Source of the DNA: Candidatus Kaiserbacteria bacterium
GTDB lineage: Bacteria > Patescibacteriota > Minisyncoccia > Phycocordibacterales > JABMNX01
Reading direction: 5' to 3'
DNA: 64,000 nucleotides
Assembly (NCBI GenBank): GCA_016186705.1
Contig: JACPLB010000001.1
Location: 11,106-75,105, forward strand
Positions 8,010 through 16,777 of this stretch are shown one piece after another. Numbering within the stretch: the stretch's first letter is position 1; each line of letters starts with the position of its first letter. The notes beneath the pieces are model-generated. The model was not told the DNA's origin. It did not search any database and saw only the letters and a program-made list of their open reading frames with translations. Made by a program: the position numbers and the translations under genes.

Positions 8010-9085
8010 CATTTCGCGAAACAATCAAAAACTACCTTGAAAAACTGTATCGGCTGTTTTCGCATGACATCGGCATAGACCTCGGCACCGCAAACACGCT
8101 TGTGTATCTCCGCGGGCGCGGAGTCGTCATTAATGAACCGTCCATTGTTGCGGTGAACCAAAAAACGGGACAGATTGTTGCCATCGGCACGCAGGCAAAG
8201 GAGATGCTCGGGAGAACTCCGGGGCACATCACGGCGGTTCAGCCTGTGGTTGACGGTGTCATCTCCGACTTCGAAGTGACGGAAGAGATGCTCGCGTATC
8301 TCATTAACAAGGCACAAGAAGGTCGCCGGTCGCTCTTCGGACCGCGGGTTGTCGTCGGGGTACCGTCCGGCATTACGAGCGTCGAGATACGCGCGGTTCG
8401 AGACGCCGCGAAAAACGCCGGCGCTCGGGAAGTTCATATTATTGAAGAGCCCATGGCCGCGGCAATCGGCATGAAGCTTCCGGTGCACGAGCCCATCGGC
8501 AGTATGGTGGTTGATATCGGCGGGGGCACATGCGACGTGGCGATTATTTCGCTCGGCGGCATCGTTCAGTCGAAGAACGTTCGTATCGCTGGAGACCGGC
8601 TTAATCAAGACATCGCGTCGTACATCAGAAGCGAGTTTAAAATTCTCATCGGGGAAAAAACTGCGGAATCCCTCAAAATTGCCGCGGTATCTTTGCTTGA
8701 AGGCGGGGAGCCGATTGAAGCGACGGTGCGCGGACGGGACCTTGTAACGGGTCTTCCGCGCGAAGTCGTCATCACGGACTCCGACATTCGCGAGGCAATT
8801 TCAAATTCAATCAATCATTTGATTGACGCCGTGAAGGAGGTTCTTGAGACGACACCGCCCGAGGTTCTCTCCGATGTCATGCAAAGGGGCATGTACCTTG
8901 CCGGCGGCGGCGCTCTTATCCGGGGGCTCCCCGAAGCCCTTGAAAACGTGCTGGGCATTCCCGTGTACGTAACTGATGACCCCCTCTCCGCCGTCGTGCG
9001 CGGTACCGGTATTGTCCTTGAAAACATTGACCTCTATAGAGAAACCCTCATAGAAAATGAAAACGAGCTTTCTCCGACAGAGTAA
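8006..9085 (+). CDS. mreB: Rod shape-determining actin homolog MreB (paralog 2), first gene of mreBCD
   Basis: 359 aa with GIDLGTANTLVYL...NEPSIVA and DIGGGT; followed by mreC and mreD. Confidence 0.85.
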   Translation: MTFRETIKNYLEKLYRLFSHDIGIDLGTANTLVYLRGRGVVINEPSIVAVNQKTGQIVAIGTQAKEMLGRTPGHITAVQPVVDGVISDFEVTEEMLAYLINKAQEGRRSLFGPRVVVGVPSGITSVEIRAVRDAAKNAGAREVHIIEEPMAAAIGMKLPVHEPIGSMVVDIGGGTCDVAIISLGGIVQSKNVRIAGDRLNQDIASYIRSEFKILIGEKTAESLKIAAVSLLEGGEPIEATVRGRDLVTGLPREVVITDSDIREAISNSINHLIDAVKEVLETTPPEVLSDVMQRGMYLAGGGALIRGLPEALENVLGIPVYVTDDPLSAVVRGTGIVLENIDLYRETLIENENELSPTE

Positions 9086-9869
9086 AGAATCACGTGCGCG
9101 AGTCGGACGAATTCCGCGCGCTTTTGCAGTCATTGGTCTCCTTGTTCTCATTATCCTTGGCGTTAATTACGCGACGTTCGGCGGACTTTCACGCGTCTTG
9201 CATACGATTGGAAATCCTCTGTGGAAAGCGCAGGCACGGGCGGGAGGCGCCGTAGACGGCGTCTTCGCAGGATTTAAAGACAAGCAATCGCTCCGCGAGG
9301 AAAACAAACGTCTCAAAGAAGAGATTGTTCGTCTCACATTTTCGTCGATTTCCGCGGAAGTTTTGCGTCATGAAAACGAGGACCTGCGGCGCCTTCTTCA
9401 ACGCGAAGGGGAAGTTGAGCGTATCGCCGCGGCAGTGCTCGCGCGCCCCAGTCGCTCTCTCTACGATACGTTTGTGGTTGATGTCGGAAGGAAAAATGGA
9501 GTTGTGATGAACGCACGTGTCTTTGGAGCGGGAGATATCGTCATCGGCACTGTTGCCGAAGTGTATCCAAGCACGTCTCTGGTGAGTCTCTACTCGACGC
9601 CGGGACGCACAACGGAGATATTTGTGGGAGATGATTCGGCAATCTCCGCAGAAGCGGTTGGCCGTGGCGGGGGAGATTTTGAAGTGAAACTCCCGCGCGG
9701 CGTCGAAGTGACAGCGGGGACTCCGGTATTTTCTCCGCTTCTTCAAGGCGGAATACTTGGCGTTGTCGAGGATGTCGTCGCACTTCCGTCAAATTCATTC
9801 CAAACGATTCTCTTTAGCAGTCCCGTTAATATACAGTCGCTGCGTACTGTAGCGGTTGAACTACAATGA
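9057..9869 (+). CDS. mreC: Rod shape-determining protein MreC
   Basis: 270 aa with an N-terminal TM segment and a coiled-coil (ENKRLKEEI...ENEDLRRLL); positioned after mreB. Confidence 0.75.
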   Translation: MKTSFLRQSKESRARVGRIPRAFAVIGLLVLIILGVNYATFGGLSRVLHTIGNPLWKAQARAGGAVDGVFAGFKDKQSLREENKRLKEEIVRLTFSSISAEVLRHENEDLRRLLQREGEVERIAAAVLARPSRSLYDTFVVDVGRKNGVVMNARVFGAGDIVIGTVAEVYPSTSLVSLYSTPGRTTEIFVGDDSAISAEAVGRGGGDFEVKLPRGVEVTAGTPVFSPLLQGGILGVVEDVVALPSNSFQTILFSSPVNIQSLRTVAVELQ

Positions 9870-10138
9870 CGCTACTCCGCATAGTGCTCGCGTCTCTGTT
9901 TTTTTCAAGCGTTTTCTTTTCCCCCTGGGTTATAACGGTCCTTTTTGCGTGCATGCTTCTCATTGTCTCTTCCGGATACGAAATTATTTTTGGCGGGCTT
10001 ATGCTCGATCTTCTCTACGGTGTCGCCGTTCCGGCGTACGCCGGCGTGCCGCTCCTCTTCACTGTCTTTTTTTGCATCCTTTTCGTCGCGAGCTTTTATA
10101 TAAAAAAGCACCTCATGTTTTATCACAATCGCGTATAG
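9866..10138 (+). CDS. mreD: MreD-like small polytopic membrane protein (unusually short, 90 aa)
   Basis: Hydrophobic 90-aa ORF in the canonical mreD position between mreC and PBP2. Confidence 0.5.
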   Translation: MTLLRIVLASLFFSSVFFSPWVITVLFACMLLIVSSGYEIIFGGLMLDLLYGVAVPAYAGVPLLFTVFFCILFVASFYIKKHLMFYHNRV

Positions 10139-10166
10139 ACGTTTTCAAAAATGCTACAATAGCGGA

Positions 10167-11876
10167 GTGAACTTTCGCCGAATCAAACATTTTCTTCGCC
10201 GTCTTTTCTCGCGAAGGAAGGACCGTGAAATCAATCCGGATGAGATTTTTCTTGACGCAAGCAATCTTCCGGCTTTTGACCAACATCAATTTGAAGGGCG
10301 TCTTGAGCGTCCGATTGCCAAGCGTACTCATTTCCTCGTCGCCGCAGTGTTTCTTTTTCTGCTCCTTCTCTATGCCGGACGTGTCGGTTTTCTTCAGACG
10401 TACAGAGGCGAAGCATTCGCGCGTCTCAGCGAGAGTAATCGCCTCACGCACTCGATTATCTTTGCCGACCGCGGGGTCTTGTATGATCGGACAGGGAAGG
10501 AGCTTGCCTGGAATGTCGCGGGCACGGACGATGATTTTGCATTGCGCCGTTATTATAGGGATGAGGGGCTCTCGCACGCGATAGGGTACGTCGGCTACCC
10601 GCTTAAGGATGTTGCCGGAGTGTATTACCAGAATGCGTACATTGGCAGAGGCGGCGCGGAGTCTTTTTTTGACGGGCGGCTTTCGGGTGACAACGGACTC
10701 AAAATCGTCGAGATTGACGCGCTTCAAAAGGTAACGTCGGAGAGCGTCGTGCGTCCGCCGCGAGACGGAGAAAATATAACGCTCTCGGTTGACGCGTCTT
10801 TAAGTTCCGCTCTTTTTACTCTTCTGAAACGTCGAGCGGAAGAGTCTGGTTTTGTCGGCGGCGCGGGGGTCGTTGTGGATATTTCAAATGGAGAAATTAT
10901 CGCACTTGCGAGTTATCCGGAGTACGATTCACAGACGCTCACCGACGGGGAGTCCGGCGAGCGCATCCAATCGTACGTTGAGGACAGTCGAAAGCCCTTT
11001 TTAAACCGCATTGTCTCGGGTCTCTATACGCCCGGCTCCATCATCAAGCCGATTATCGCCATCGGTGCGCTTGAAGAAGGTGTTATTACTCCGGAAAAAG
11101 AAATTTTAAGCACAGGTTCTATACGTGTTCCGCACCCCTACATTGAGGATGCTTTTTCGATTTTTGTTGACTGGAAGGCGCACGGGTACGTTGACATGCG
11201 CCGGGCGCTCGCGGTGTCTTCAAATGTGTACTTCTACGAGGTCGGTGGCGGTTTTGAGAACCAAAAAGGAATCGGCATTGAAGGCATCAACCGATACGCA
11301 CGCATGTTCGGACTCGGTGAGACGAGTAGCTCTCCGTTTGAAGGGGAAAGTATCGGCGTTATCCCAAACCCGCGTTGGAAGGAAGAAACATTTAATGGTG
11401 ACGAGTGGCGCATCGGAGATACGTACAATACTTCCATCGGACAGTACGGTTTCCAGGTAACGCCGATGCAAATGGCGCTCGCCATCGGTGCCATTGCAAA
11501 CGGAGGCACGTTGTTTACCCCGATTCTCGAGAAGGGGACTTCTGCCGAAAAGAAGGTATTGCCGATTAACGCCCGCAACACGGAAGTTGTCCGCGAAGGC
11601 ATGCGTCTCGGCGTGCGTGAAGGAACCGCACAAGCACTCTCGGTGTCGTTCGTTGATGTTGCCGCGAAGACGGGCACGGCGGAACTCGGCACCGTGAAGC
11701 AATTTGTCAATTCATGGGTGGTGGGATTTTATCCGTACGAGAACCCCCGGTATGCGTTTGCGGTCATTATGGAACGCGGTCCGGTCAAAAATCTTGTCGG
11801 CGCCGCGTCAGTCATGCGCGAGTACCTTGAGTGGATTCACGCACACGCGCCAGAGTATCTTTCTCCTGTCAATTGA
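10167..11876 (+). CDS. mrdA: Penicillin-binding protein 2 (elongasome transpeptidase)
   Basis: 569 aa with a TM anchor, SIIKP (SxxK), SSN and KTGTA motifs. GTG start. Confidence 0.8.
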   Translation: MNFRRIKHFLRRLFSRRKDREINPDEIFLDASNLPAFDQHQFEGRLERPIAKRTHFLVAAVFLFLLLLYAGRVGFLQTYRGEAFARLSESNRLTHSIIFADRGVLYDRTGKELAWNVAGTDDDFALRRYYRDEGLSHAIGYVGYPLKDVAGVYYQNAYIGRGGAESFFDGRLSGDNGLKIVEIDALQKVTSESVVRPPRDGENITLSVDASLSSALFTLLKRRAEESGFVGGAGVVVDISNGEIIALASYPEYDSQTLTDGESGERIQSYVEDSRKPFLNRIVSGLYTPGSIIKPIIAIGALEEGVITPEKEILSTGSIRVPHPYIEDAFSIFVDWKAHGYVDMRRALAVSSNVYFYEVGGGFENQKGIGIEGINRYARMFGLGETSSSPFEGESIGVIPNPRWKEETFNGDEWRIGDTYNTSIGQYGFQVTPMQMALAIGAIANGGTLFTPILEKGTSAEKKVLPINARNTEVVREGMRLGVREGTAQALSVSFVDVAAKTGTAELGTVKQFVNSWVVGFYPYENPRYAFAVIMERGPVKNLVGAASVMREYLEWIHAHAPEYLSPVN

Positions 11877-11917
11877 CTTTTTTTATCCTCTCCGTACAAT
11901 ACTCTCTACAATCAATT

Positions 11918-12385
11918 ATGACTGACGAGAATAACTACCTGACTCAGAAAAAATTCGAGGAGCTGACAAAGGAACTTGAGCATCTGAAAACTACGAAGCG
12001 GAAAGAGATTGCCGAAAGTCTTGAATACGCACGTTCGCTTGGAGACCTCTCCGAAAATGCCGAATATCAGGAAGCGCGCGAGATGCAGGCGGCAGCGGAA
12101 GAACGCATCAACCAGCTTGAACAGCTCTTAAAAAATCCGAAAATCGTCGCTCATAAAAAAGGGAGTACGATTAGTCTCGGCTCAAAAGTAACTATCAGAA
12201 AAGAAGGGGAAAAAGACACCCACGAATATATTATTGTCGGTTCGGAAGAGGCGAACATGCAAGAGAGGAAAATCTCATACCTCTCTCCTTTGGGCGAGGC
12301 GATAATGGGGAAAAAGAAAGGAGACCTTTTTGCTTTTCAGACGCCGAACGGCAAAAAAAACTACACCATTGTCTCCATTGAATAG
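11918..12385 (+). CDS. greA: Transcription elongation factor GreA
   Basis: An internal ATG gives 155 aa with the MTDENNYLTQKKFEELTKELEHLK... coiled-coil and an FKBP-like C-terminus. Confidence 0.85.
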   Translation: MTDENNYLTQKKFEELTKELEHLKTTKRKEIAESLEYARSLGDLSENAEYQEAREMQAAAEERINQLEQLLKNPKIVAHKKGSTISLGSKVTIRKEGEKDTHEYIIVGSEEANMQERKISYLSPLGEAIMGKKKGDLFAFQTPNGKKNYTIVSIE

Positions 12386-12471
12386 TGAACGCAGGGAGTT
12401 GACTGCGCCGGCGCTCTCCATGAGAGCGTTTTCGTTTTGATTGGAAAAGTCGGTAAGGTACAATAAGCAAT

Positions 12472-14052
12472 ATGTTTTGGGCGGACAAAATAACGGAAGA
12501 TTTCATTCAAAAGAGAAAAAAAGTAATTGAACGAAAGAAAGCAATTATTATTCGCGATGAGAAAACGGCATCGGGGCGTATTCACGTCGGTTCGATGCGC
12601 GGAGTGGCGATGCACGCGACCCTCTCGCGAACACTTTCGGAACGGGATATTCCAAACACGTTCCTCTATGAGATAAACGATTTTGACGCTTTTGACACCG
12701 TACCCGCGTATCTTGACGTCAAGGTGTATCAAAAGCATCTTGGAAAACCACTCTTCATGCTTCCCGCGCCTGAGGGCGCGGAGGGAGAGAATTACGCGGA
12801 ATATTTCGGCGGCGAGTTTGCCCGCGTAATTAAAGCAAGCGGCTTCTCTCCTCAATTTTATTATTCAAGCGACGAGTACAAGACGGGAAAATACAATGAC
12901 ATGATTCGCACGGCGCTTACGAACGCCGAGAGCATCCGAACAATTTACCAAGAAGTCTCCGGCGGCTCACCCAAGGAGAACTGGCTCCCCATTATGGTTA
13001 TCTGTGAGAAATGCGGACGCGTCGCGACGACACGCGCCGTGTCTTTTGACGGAGAACGCGTGAGGTATGTCTGCGACCAGGAAGCTTCCGGCGCAAAGGG
13101 GTGCGGGCACGAAGGGGAAATCTCTCCTTTTGACGGGCGCGCGAAATTACCATGGAAAGTGGAATGGGCGGCAAAGTTCAAAGTGTTTGACGTTGATATG
13201 GAAGGAGAGGGGAAAGACCTCTCAACAAAGGGCGGAGCACGCGATGTCGCGAATAGAATCTCACAGGAGGTCTTCGGATACGAACCGCCGTACGACAGCC
13301 CGTATGAGTTTCTCCTTATAGGGAACAGAAAAATGTCCACCTCAAAAGGCGCCGGGGCGTCCGCGGGAGACATTGCATCCCTTGTTCCGCCGAAAATCTT
13401 CCACCTCGCGCTCATCGGGCGTGATATCAAGCGCGCGACGAATTTTGACCCGGAAGGGGACACGATACCTGTCTTGTACGACGAATACGATAAACTCGCG
13501 GAGAAATACGGGACCGGTGTTGAGGACGACGACACGCGGCTTTTCGCGCTTATTCACAAGGAAGGAGAGATTGTCTCGCGCTTCTACCCCCGATTCTCAC
13601 AGGTGGCGTTTCTTATTCAGATGCCGCACATGAATCTCAAGAATGAAGTCGTCCGGATGAAAGGTTCATCCCTTACTCACGATGATAAGAAAGAATTGGA
13701 AGAGCGGGCACTCTACGCGAGAGAGTGGCTCGCGCGATACGCGCCGGAGCGTTATGTTTACAAACTTCATACGGACGACATTCCTCCTCAAACAAAAAAT
13801 TTCTCTCACGCACAAAAAGAAGCACTTAAGAAAGTGCTTGAAGTGATACAAAACTTAAAAGTACTCGACGGGCAGGAACTCCATACCGCGCTCCATGCGA
13901 TTCGAAAGGAACGTAACATTGAACCGTCGGAATTTTTCGGGGCGCTCTATCTTTCATTCCTGGGAAAAGAGAACGGTCCAAAAATCGGCTGGTTCTTAAG
14001 TGTGTTGGATAAATCGTTTCTCGAAAAACGCCTCGAAGAGGTAAGCCAATAA
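12472..14052 (+). CDS. lysK: Lysyl-tRNA synthetase, class I (LysK type)
   Basis: 526 aa with HIGH-like (RIHVGSMRG) and KMSTSKG motifs plus a Cys-rich zinc insertion (CEKCGR...C..C.H), as in class I LysRS. Confidence 0.65.
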   Translation: MFWADKITEDFIQKRKKVIERKKAIIIRDEKTASGRIHVGSMRGVAMHATLSRTLSERDIPNTFLYEINDFDAFDTVPAYLDVKVYQKHLGKPLFMLPAPEGAEGENYAEYFGGEFARVIKASGFSPQFYYSSDEYKTGKYNDMIRTALTNAESIRTIYQEVSGGSPKENWLPIMVICEKCGRVATTRAVSFDGERVRYVCDQEASGAKGCGHEGEISPFDGRAKLPWKVEWAAKFKVFDVDMEGEGKDLSTKGGARDVANRISQEVFGYEPPYDSPYEFLLIGNRKMSTSKGAGASAGDIASLVPPKIFHLALIGRDIKRATNFDPEGDTIPVLYDEYDKLAEKYGTGVEDDDTRLFALIHKEGEIVSRFYPRFSQVAFLIQMPHMNLKNEVVRMKGSSLTHDDKKELEERALYAREWLARYAPERYVYKLHTDDIPPQTKNFSHAQKEALKKVLEVIQNLKVLDGQELHTALHAIRKERNIEPSEFFGALYLSFLGKENGPKIGWFLSVLDKSFLEKRLEEVSQ

Positions 14053-14056
14053 AAGA

Positions 14057-14086
14057 AAACGACCCGCCAAGAAGACAGCGGGTCGA
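14057..14086. terminator. Bidirectional terminator hairpin (AAAACGACCCGC...GCGGGTCG) between the convergent lysK and membrane-protein genes
   Basis: 8-bp GC-rich stem with flanking A/T. Confidence 0.5.
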
Positions 14087-14104
14087 AGATTGGGAGGAAA
14101 AGAA

Positions 14105-14770
14105 CTAATTGCGTTTTCTCGCGTGAGCCCCAAGCTTTGGGAGTACGTGGTGATAAAGCACCGGGATAATAATCGCGAGCTGGATGCCTGCAAACCAGAT
14201 TCCCGTAAGCCACTTCCCGTCGGCAATGGTGAGACCGCTTCCGATGAGGAATAGTCCCCACGTTGTCAGGTTCTCGTAATGCCTCTCGTAGATGGTCGCC
14301 CGAATGAGCGGCCATGTTGCGACCGTTAGGCCGAAGAGGGAGGTTACGAGCCCGAGCGTCGACGTCCTGACGCTCCACCAGAGTATCATCACCTCCTTTT
14401 CGAGATTCGGCATGATGCCGAATTCCCAGATGATGACTGCGGCAATGATTATGCTGCAAGCGGTGTCGTTCTTGCTCCACTTGCTGGGTTTTCCGTACCA
14501 CCATGAGAGTACAACGGCGATGAGCGCCCCTGCGGTGAAGACGAGTATCAGGAGGTCGAAAACTCCGCGACCGAGCTGGCCCTTGAATGCCAACGTATCG
14601 AGGATGAGAAGCAGGAGCCATGTCGAGAAGACGATAGTCTGCTTGCCGTTGACGATTTGGTAGACGTAGTAAGCTACTGCCGTTGCGGAGAAGACGACTA
14701 CGCCGAATCCCCATGAGGTCGCGACTATCGCGTACCCGAAGAGAGTCACGTTGATGAGGGTCGAATCCAT
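14105..14770 (-). CDS. Hypothetical polytopic membrane protein (6-7 TM)
   Basis: 221 aa and strongly hydrophobic. Preferred over the overlapping Arg-rich 13947..14840 ORF on the same strand. Confidence 0.55.
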   Translation of the reverse strand: MDSTLINVTLFGYAIVATSWGFGVVVFSATAVAYYVYQIVNGKQTIVFSTWLLLLILDTLAFKGQLGRGVFDLLILVFTAGALIAVVLSWWYGKPSKWSKNDTACSIIIAAVIIWEFGIMPNLEKEVMILWWSVRTSTLGLVTSLFGLTVATWPLIRATIYERHYENLTTWGLFLIGSGLTIADGKWLTGIWFAGIQLAIIIPVLYHHVLPKLGAHARKRN

Positions 14771-14876
14771 CGCCCCCTCCTTTCATTTCTACACCGACAA
14801 GTGGTGCGTGTTGATCTTTTTTAATTATATCATATAACATATCATCTTGTCAAGTATGAAAAGTTTTGAATAAAAC

Positions 14877-14903
14877 AAAAAACGACCCCACACATGGGTC
14901 GTT
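14877..14903. terminator. Hairpin AAAACGACCCCAC-ACAT-GGGTCGTTT
   Basis: Stem-loop sharing the AAAACGACCC arm with the hairpin at 14057. Confidence 0.45.
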
Positions 14904-14990
14904 TATAGTATCTCCAGTCAAAGAGTCTCTTTTGTTTTCTCATACACACACATTTCCCTTGGGGGCATGTGGATAACTGTGTTTTATAAA

Positions 14991-15036
14991 GTGGGATAGA
15001 GTGTCATATACTACTCTGATAGTGGGGAAAAGTGGG
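14991..15036 (+). promoter_or_regulatory. Candidate MraZ operator: three GTGGG direct repeats (14991, 15022, 15032), the last two spaced 10 bp apart, just upstream of the mraZ ATG
   Basis: Seen in the sequence. MraZ proteins are known to bind repeated GTGGG boxes upstream of mraZ. Confidence 0.45.
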
Positions 15037-15040
15037 AATT

Positions 15041-15475
15041 ATGCTCATCGGCGAATACACACATTCCTTGGATACGAAAAAGCGATTGTCTCTGCCGAAG
15101 AAGTTTCGCACCGAACTCGGCAGGAAGGTCGTTGTAACACGCGGTCTCGACAACTGCCTTTTCATGTATCCGATGCAGGCGTGGAGAAAAACGGCGAAAC
15201 GCCTTGAGGAGTTATCGTTCGCGCAAGCAGATACCCGCGGATTTAACCGCTTTATGCTCTCCGGTGCCGTTGAAGTTGATATTGACTCGGTCGGCCGCAT
15301 TCTCGTTCCCGATTTTTTGAAAGAATTCGCGGGGCTCAAGAGTAAGGTCGTTCTTGCCGGAGTAAATGACCGCGTTGAGATATGGAACGAGGGCGCGTGG
15401 AGCGAGTACAAGACGCGTATTGAACGGCAAGCCGACGCGATGGCCGAAAAGCTCGGGGAGATCGGCGCCTTGTAG
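15041..15475 (+). CDS. mraZ: Division/cell-wall cluster transcriptional regulator MraZ
   Basis: MLIGEYTHSLD... and the two-SpoVT/AbrB-like-domain signature; first gene of the dcw cluster. Confidence 0.85.
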   Translation: MLIGEYTHSLDTKKRLSLPKKFRTELGRKVVVTRGLDNCLFMYPMQAWRKTAKRLEELSFAQADTRGFNRFMLSGAVEVDIDSVGRILVPDFLKEFAGLKSKVVLAGVNDRVEIWNEGAWSEYKTRIERQADAMAEKLGEIGAL

Positions 15476-15505
15476 CTTTCAGCTTATGGTTTTCAGCTTT
15501 CAGGA
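15474..15505 (-). repeat. AAGCT-heptad element, inverted copy (TAGCTTTCAGCTTATGGTTTTCAGCTTTCAGG) right after the mraZ stop
   Basis: Reverse complement of the AAGCTNN x4 pattern. Confidence 0.7.
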
Positions 15506-15519
15506 ATGGTTTGAATCTA

Positions 15520-15549
15520 CAAGCTTAAAGCTCTTAGCTGAAAGCTGAA
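15520..15549 (+). repeat. AAGCT-heptad element copy (CAAGCTTAAAGCTCTTAGCTGAAAGCTGAA) 3 nt upstream of the rsmH ATG
   Basis: Forward orientation, immediately 5' of the start codon. Confidence 0.75.
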
Positions 15550-15552
15550 TTC

Positions 15553-16470
15553 ATGCATCGGAGCGTTCTTTTACAAGAAACAATAGATTCACTCGACATC
15601 AAAAAAGACGATGTCGTTGTTGACGCCACGTTCGGCGGAGGCGGACACAGCAGGGCGATACTTGAAAGACTCGGGAAAAAGGGGGTCCTCGTCGCGATTG
15701 ATACTGACTTAGACGCCCTTGAAAAGGGAAAGGAGACGCTCGGAAGTTTTCCCGCTCGGACGTTTTTCAAGGAAGCGAATTTTCGCGCCGTGGACCGCGT
15801 GCTTGATGAATGCGGAATCAAAGAAGCGGACAAATTCCTTTTTGACCTCGGCATGAGCTCCGACCAGCTTGAAAAAAGCGGCAGAGGATTCAGCTTCAGA
15901 AGAAAAGAGCCACTCGTCATGACGCTCTCCGGGAATGTAGATAAAACGACACTGACCGCAGAGCGCATCGTGAACGAATGGAGTGAATCTCAAATCGCGA
16001 CAATCATCCGCGGATACGGAGAAGAGGCGTTTTCAAAACGAATCGCAAAAGCAATCGTTGACGCGCGAAAGGTGAAGCGAATCAAAAATACCGAAGTGCT
16101 CGCGCAAATTGTAAAAAGCGCGGTGCCCCTCTGGTACCGAAGACGGCGCATTCATCCCGCGACGAAAACATTCCAGGCGCTCCGCATCGCAGTCAACGAT
16201 GAGATTGACGCTCTCCGTGAAGGGCTCCAAAAAGCCCAGACGAGGCTCGCGAAGGACGGAAGAATCGCGACCATCACATTCCACAGCATTGAGGACAGAG
16301 CGGTTAAACGGCTCTTCCAAGGGTGGAAAAAAGATGGCACAGGGGAGCCGCTTTTCCGAAAACCGATTGTCCCGAGTCGGACGGAAATAAGAGAAAATCC
16401 GCGGGCGCGGAGCGCAAAGTTGAGAACATTTAAAAAATATGACAATACGAACACGAAGCATTTCATATAA
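15553..16470 (+). CDS. rsmH: 16S rRNA (cytosine1402-N4)-methyltransferase
   Basis: LLQETIDSL...VDATFGGGGHS, the MraW signature. Confidence 0.9.
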   Translation: MHRSVLLQETIDSLDIKKDDVVVDATFGGGGHSRAILERLGKKGVLVAIDTDLDALEKGKETLGSFPARTFFKEANFRAVDRVLDECGIKEADKFLFDLGMSSDQLEKSGRGFSFRRKEPLVMTLSGNVDKTTLTAERIVNEWSESQIATIIRGYGEEAFSKRIAKAIVDARKVKRIKNTEVLAQIVKSAVPLWYRRRRIHPATKTFQALRIAVNDEIDALREGLQKAQTRLAKDGRIATITFHSIEDRAVKRLFQGWKKDGTGEPLFRKPIVPSRTEIRENPRARSAKLRTFKKYDNTNTKHFI

Positions 16471-16777
16471 ACTACACAGTGTAGAACAGCGGCTCTGTAT
16501 GGGCGTTGTGATGTTATGCGCCGCGCTTGTAAGTTTGTACATATATTTTGTCGGTAAATCAATCGTGAACGTTGTTGTGCGTGAGGAAACGGAACTTCGT
16601 ATCGGCGAAGTTAATTCTCTTCTCAGCGAACTCGAACGGGAATATCTCACGAAGAAGGACGCGATGAGCATGAAATTTGCGGAAGAGAAGGGTTACTATC
16701 CAATTTCGCACAAGCTATTCGTGAATCGCGGCACTTTTGTCGGTCGCAGTCTCTCTCAAGACAATAATGAGATCTAA
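16439..16777 (+). CDS. ftsL: Cell division protein FtsL-like
   Basis: 112-aa single-TM coiled-coil protein between rsmH and ftsI. Confidence 0.6.
   Translation: MTIRTRSISYKLHSVEQRLCMGVVMLCAALVSLYIYFVGKSIVNVVVREETELRIGEVNSLLSELEREYLTKKDAMSMKFAEEKGYYPISHKLFVNRGTFVGRSLSQDNNEI

Noticed and set aside
7736-8608. 290-aa minus-strand ORF spanning the proS/mreB2 junction
   Set aside because: It is antisense to two strongly supported genes and has no motifs.
13947-14840. 297-aa minus-strand Arg-rich ORF overlapping the membrane-protein gene in another frame
   Set aside because: The 221-aa frame (14105..14770) gives a coherent polytopic membrane protein, whereas this frame gives low-complexity R/S/P-rich sequence.
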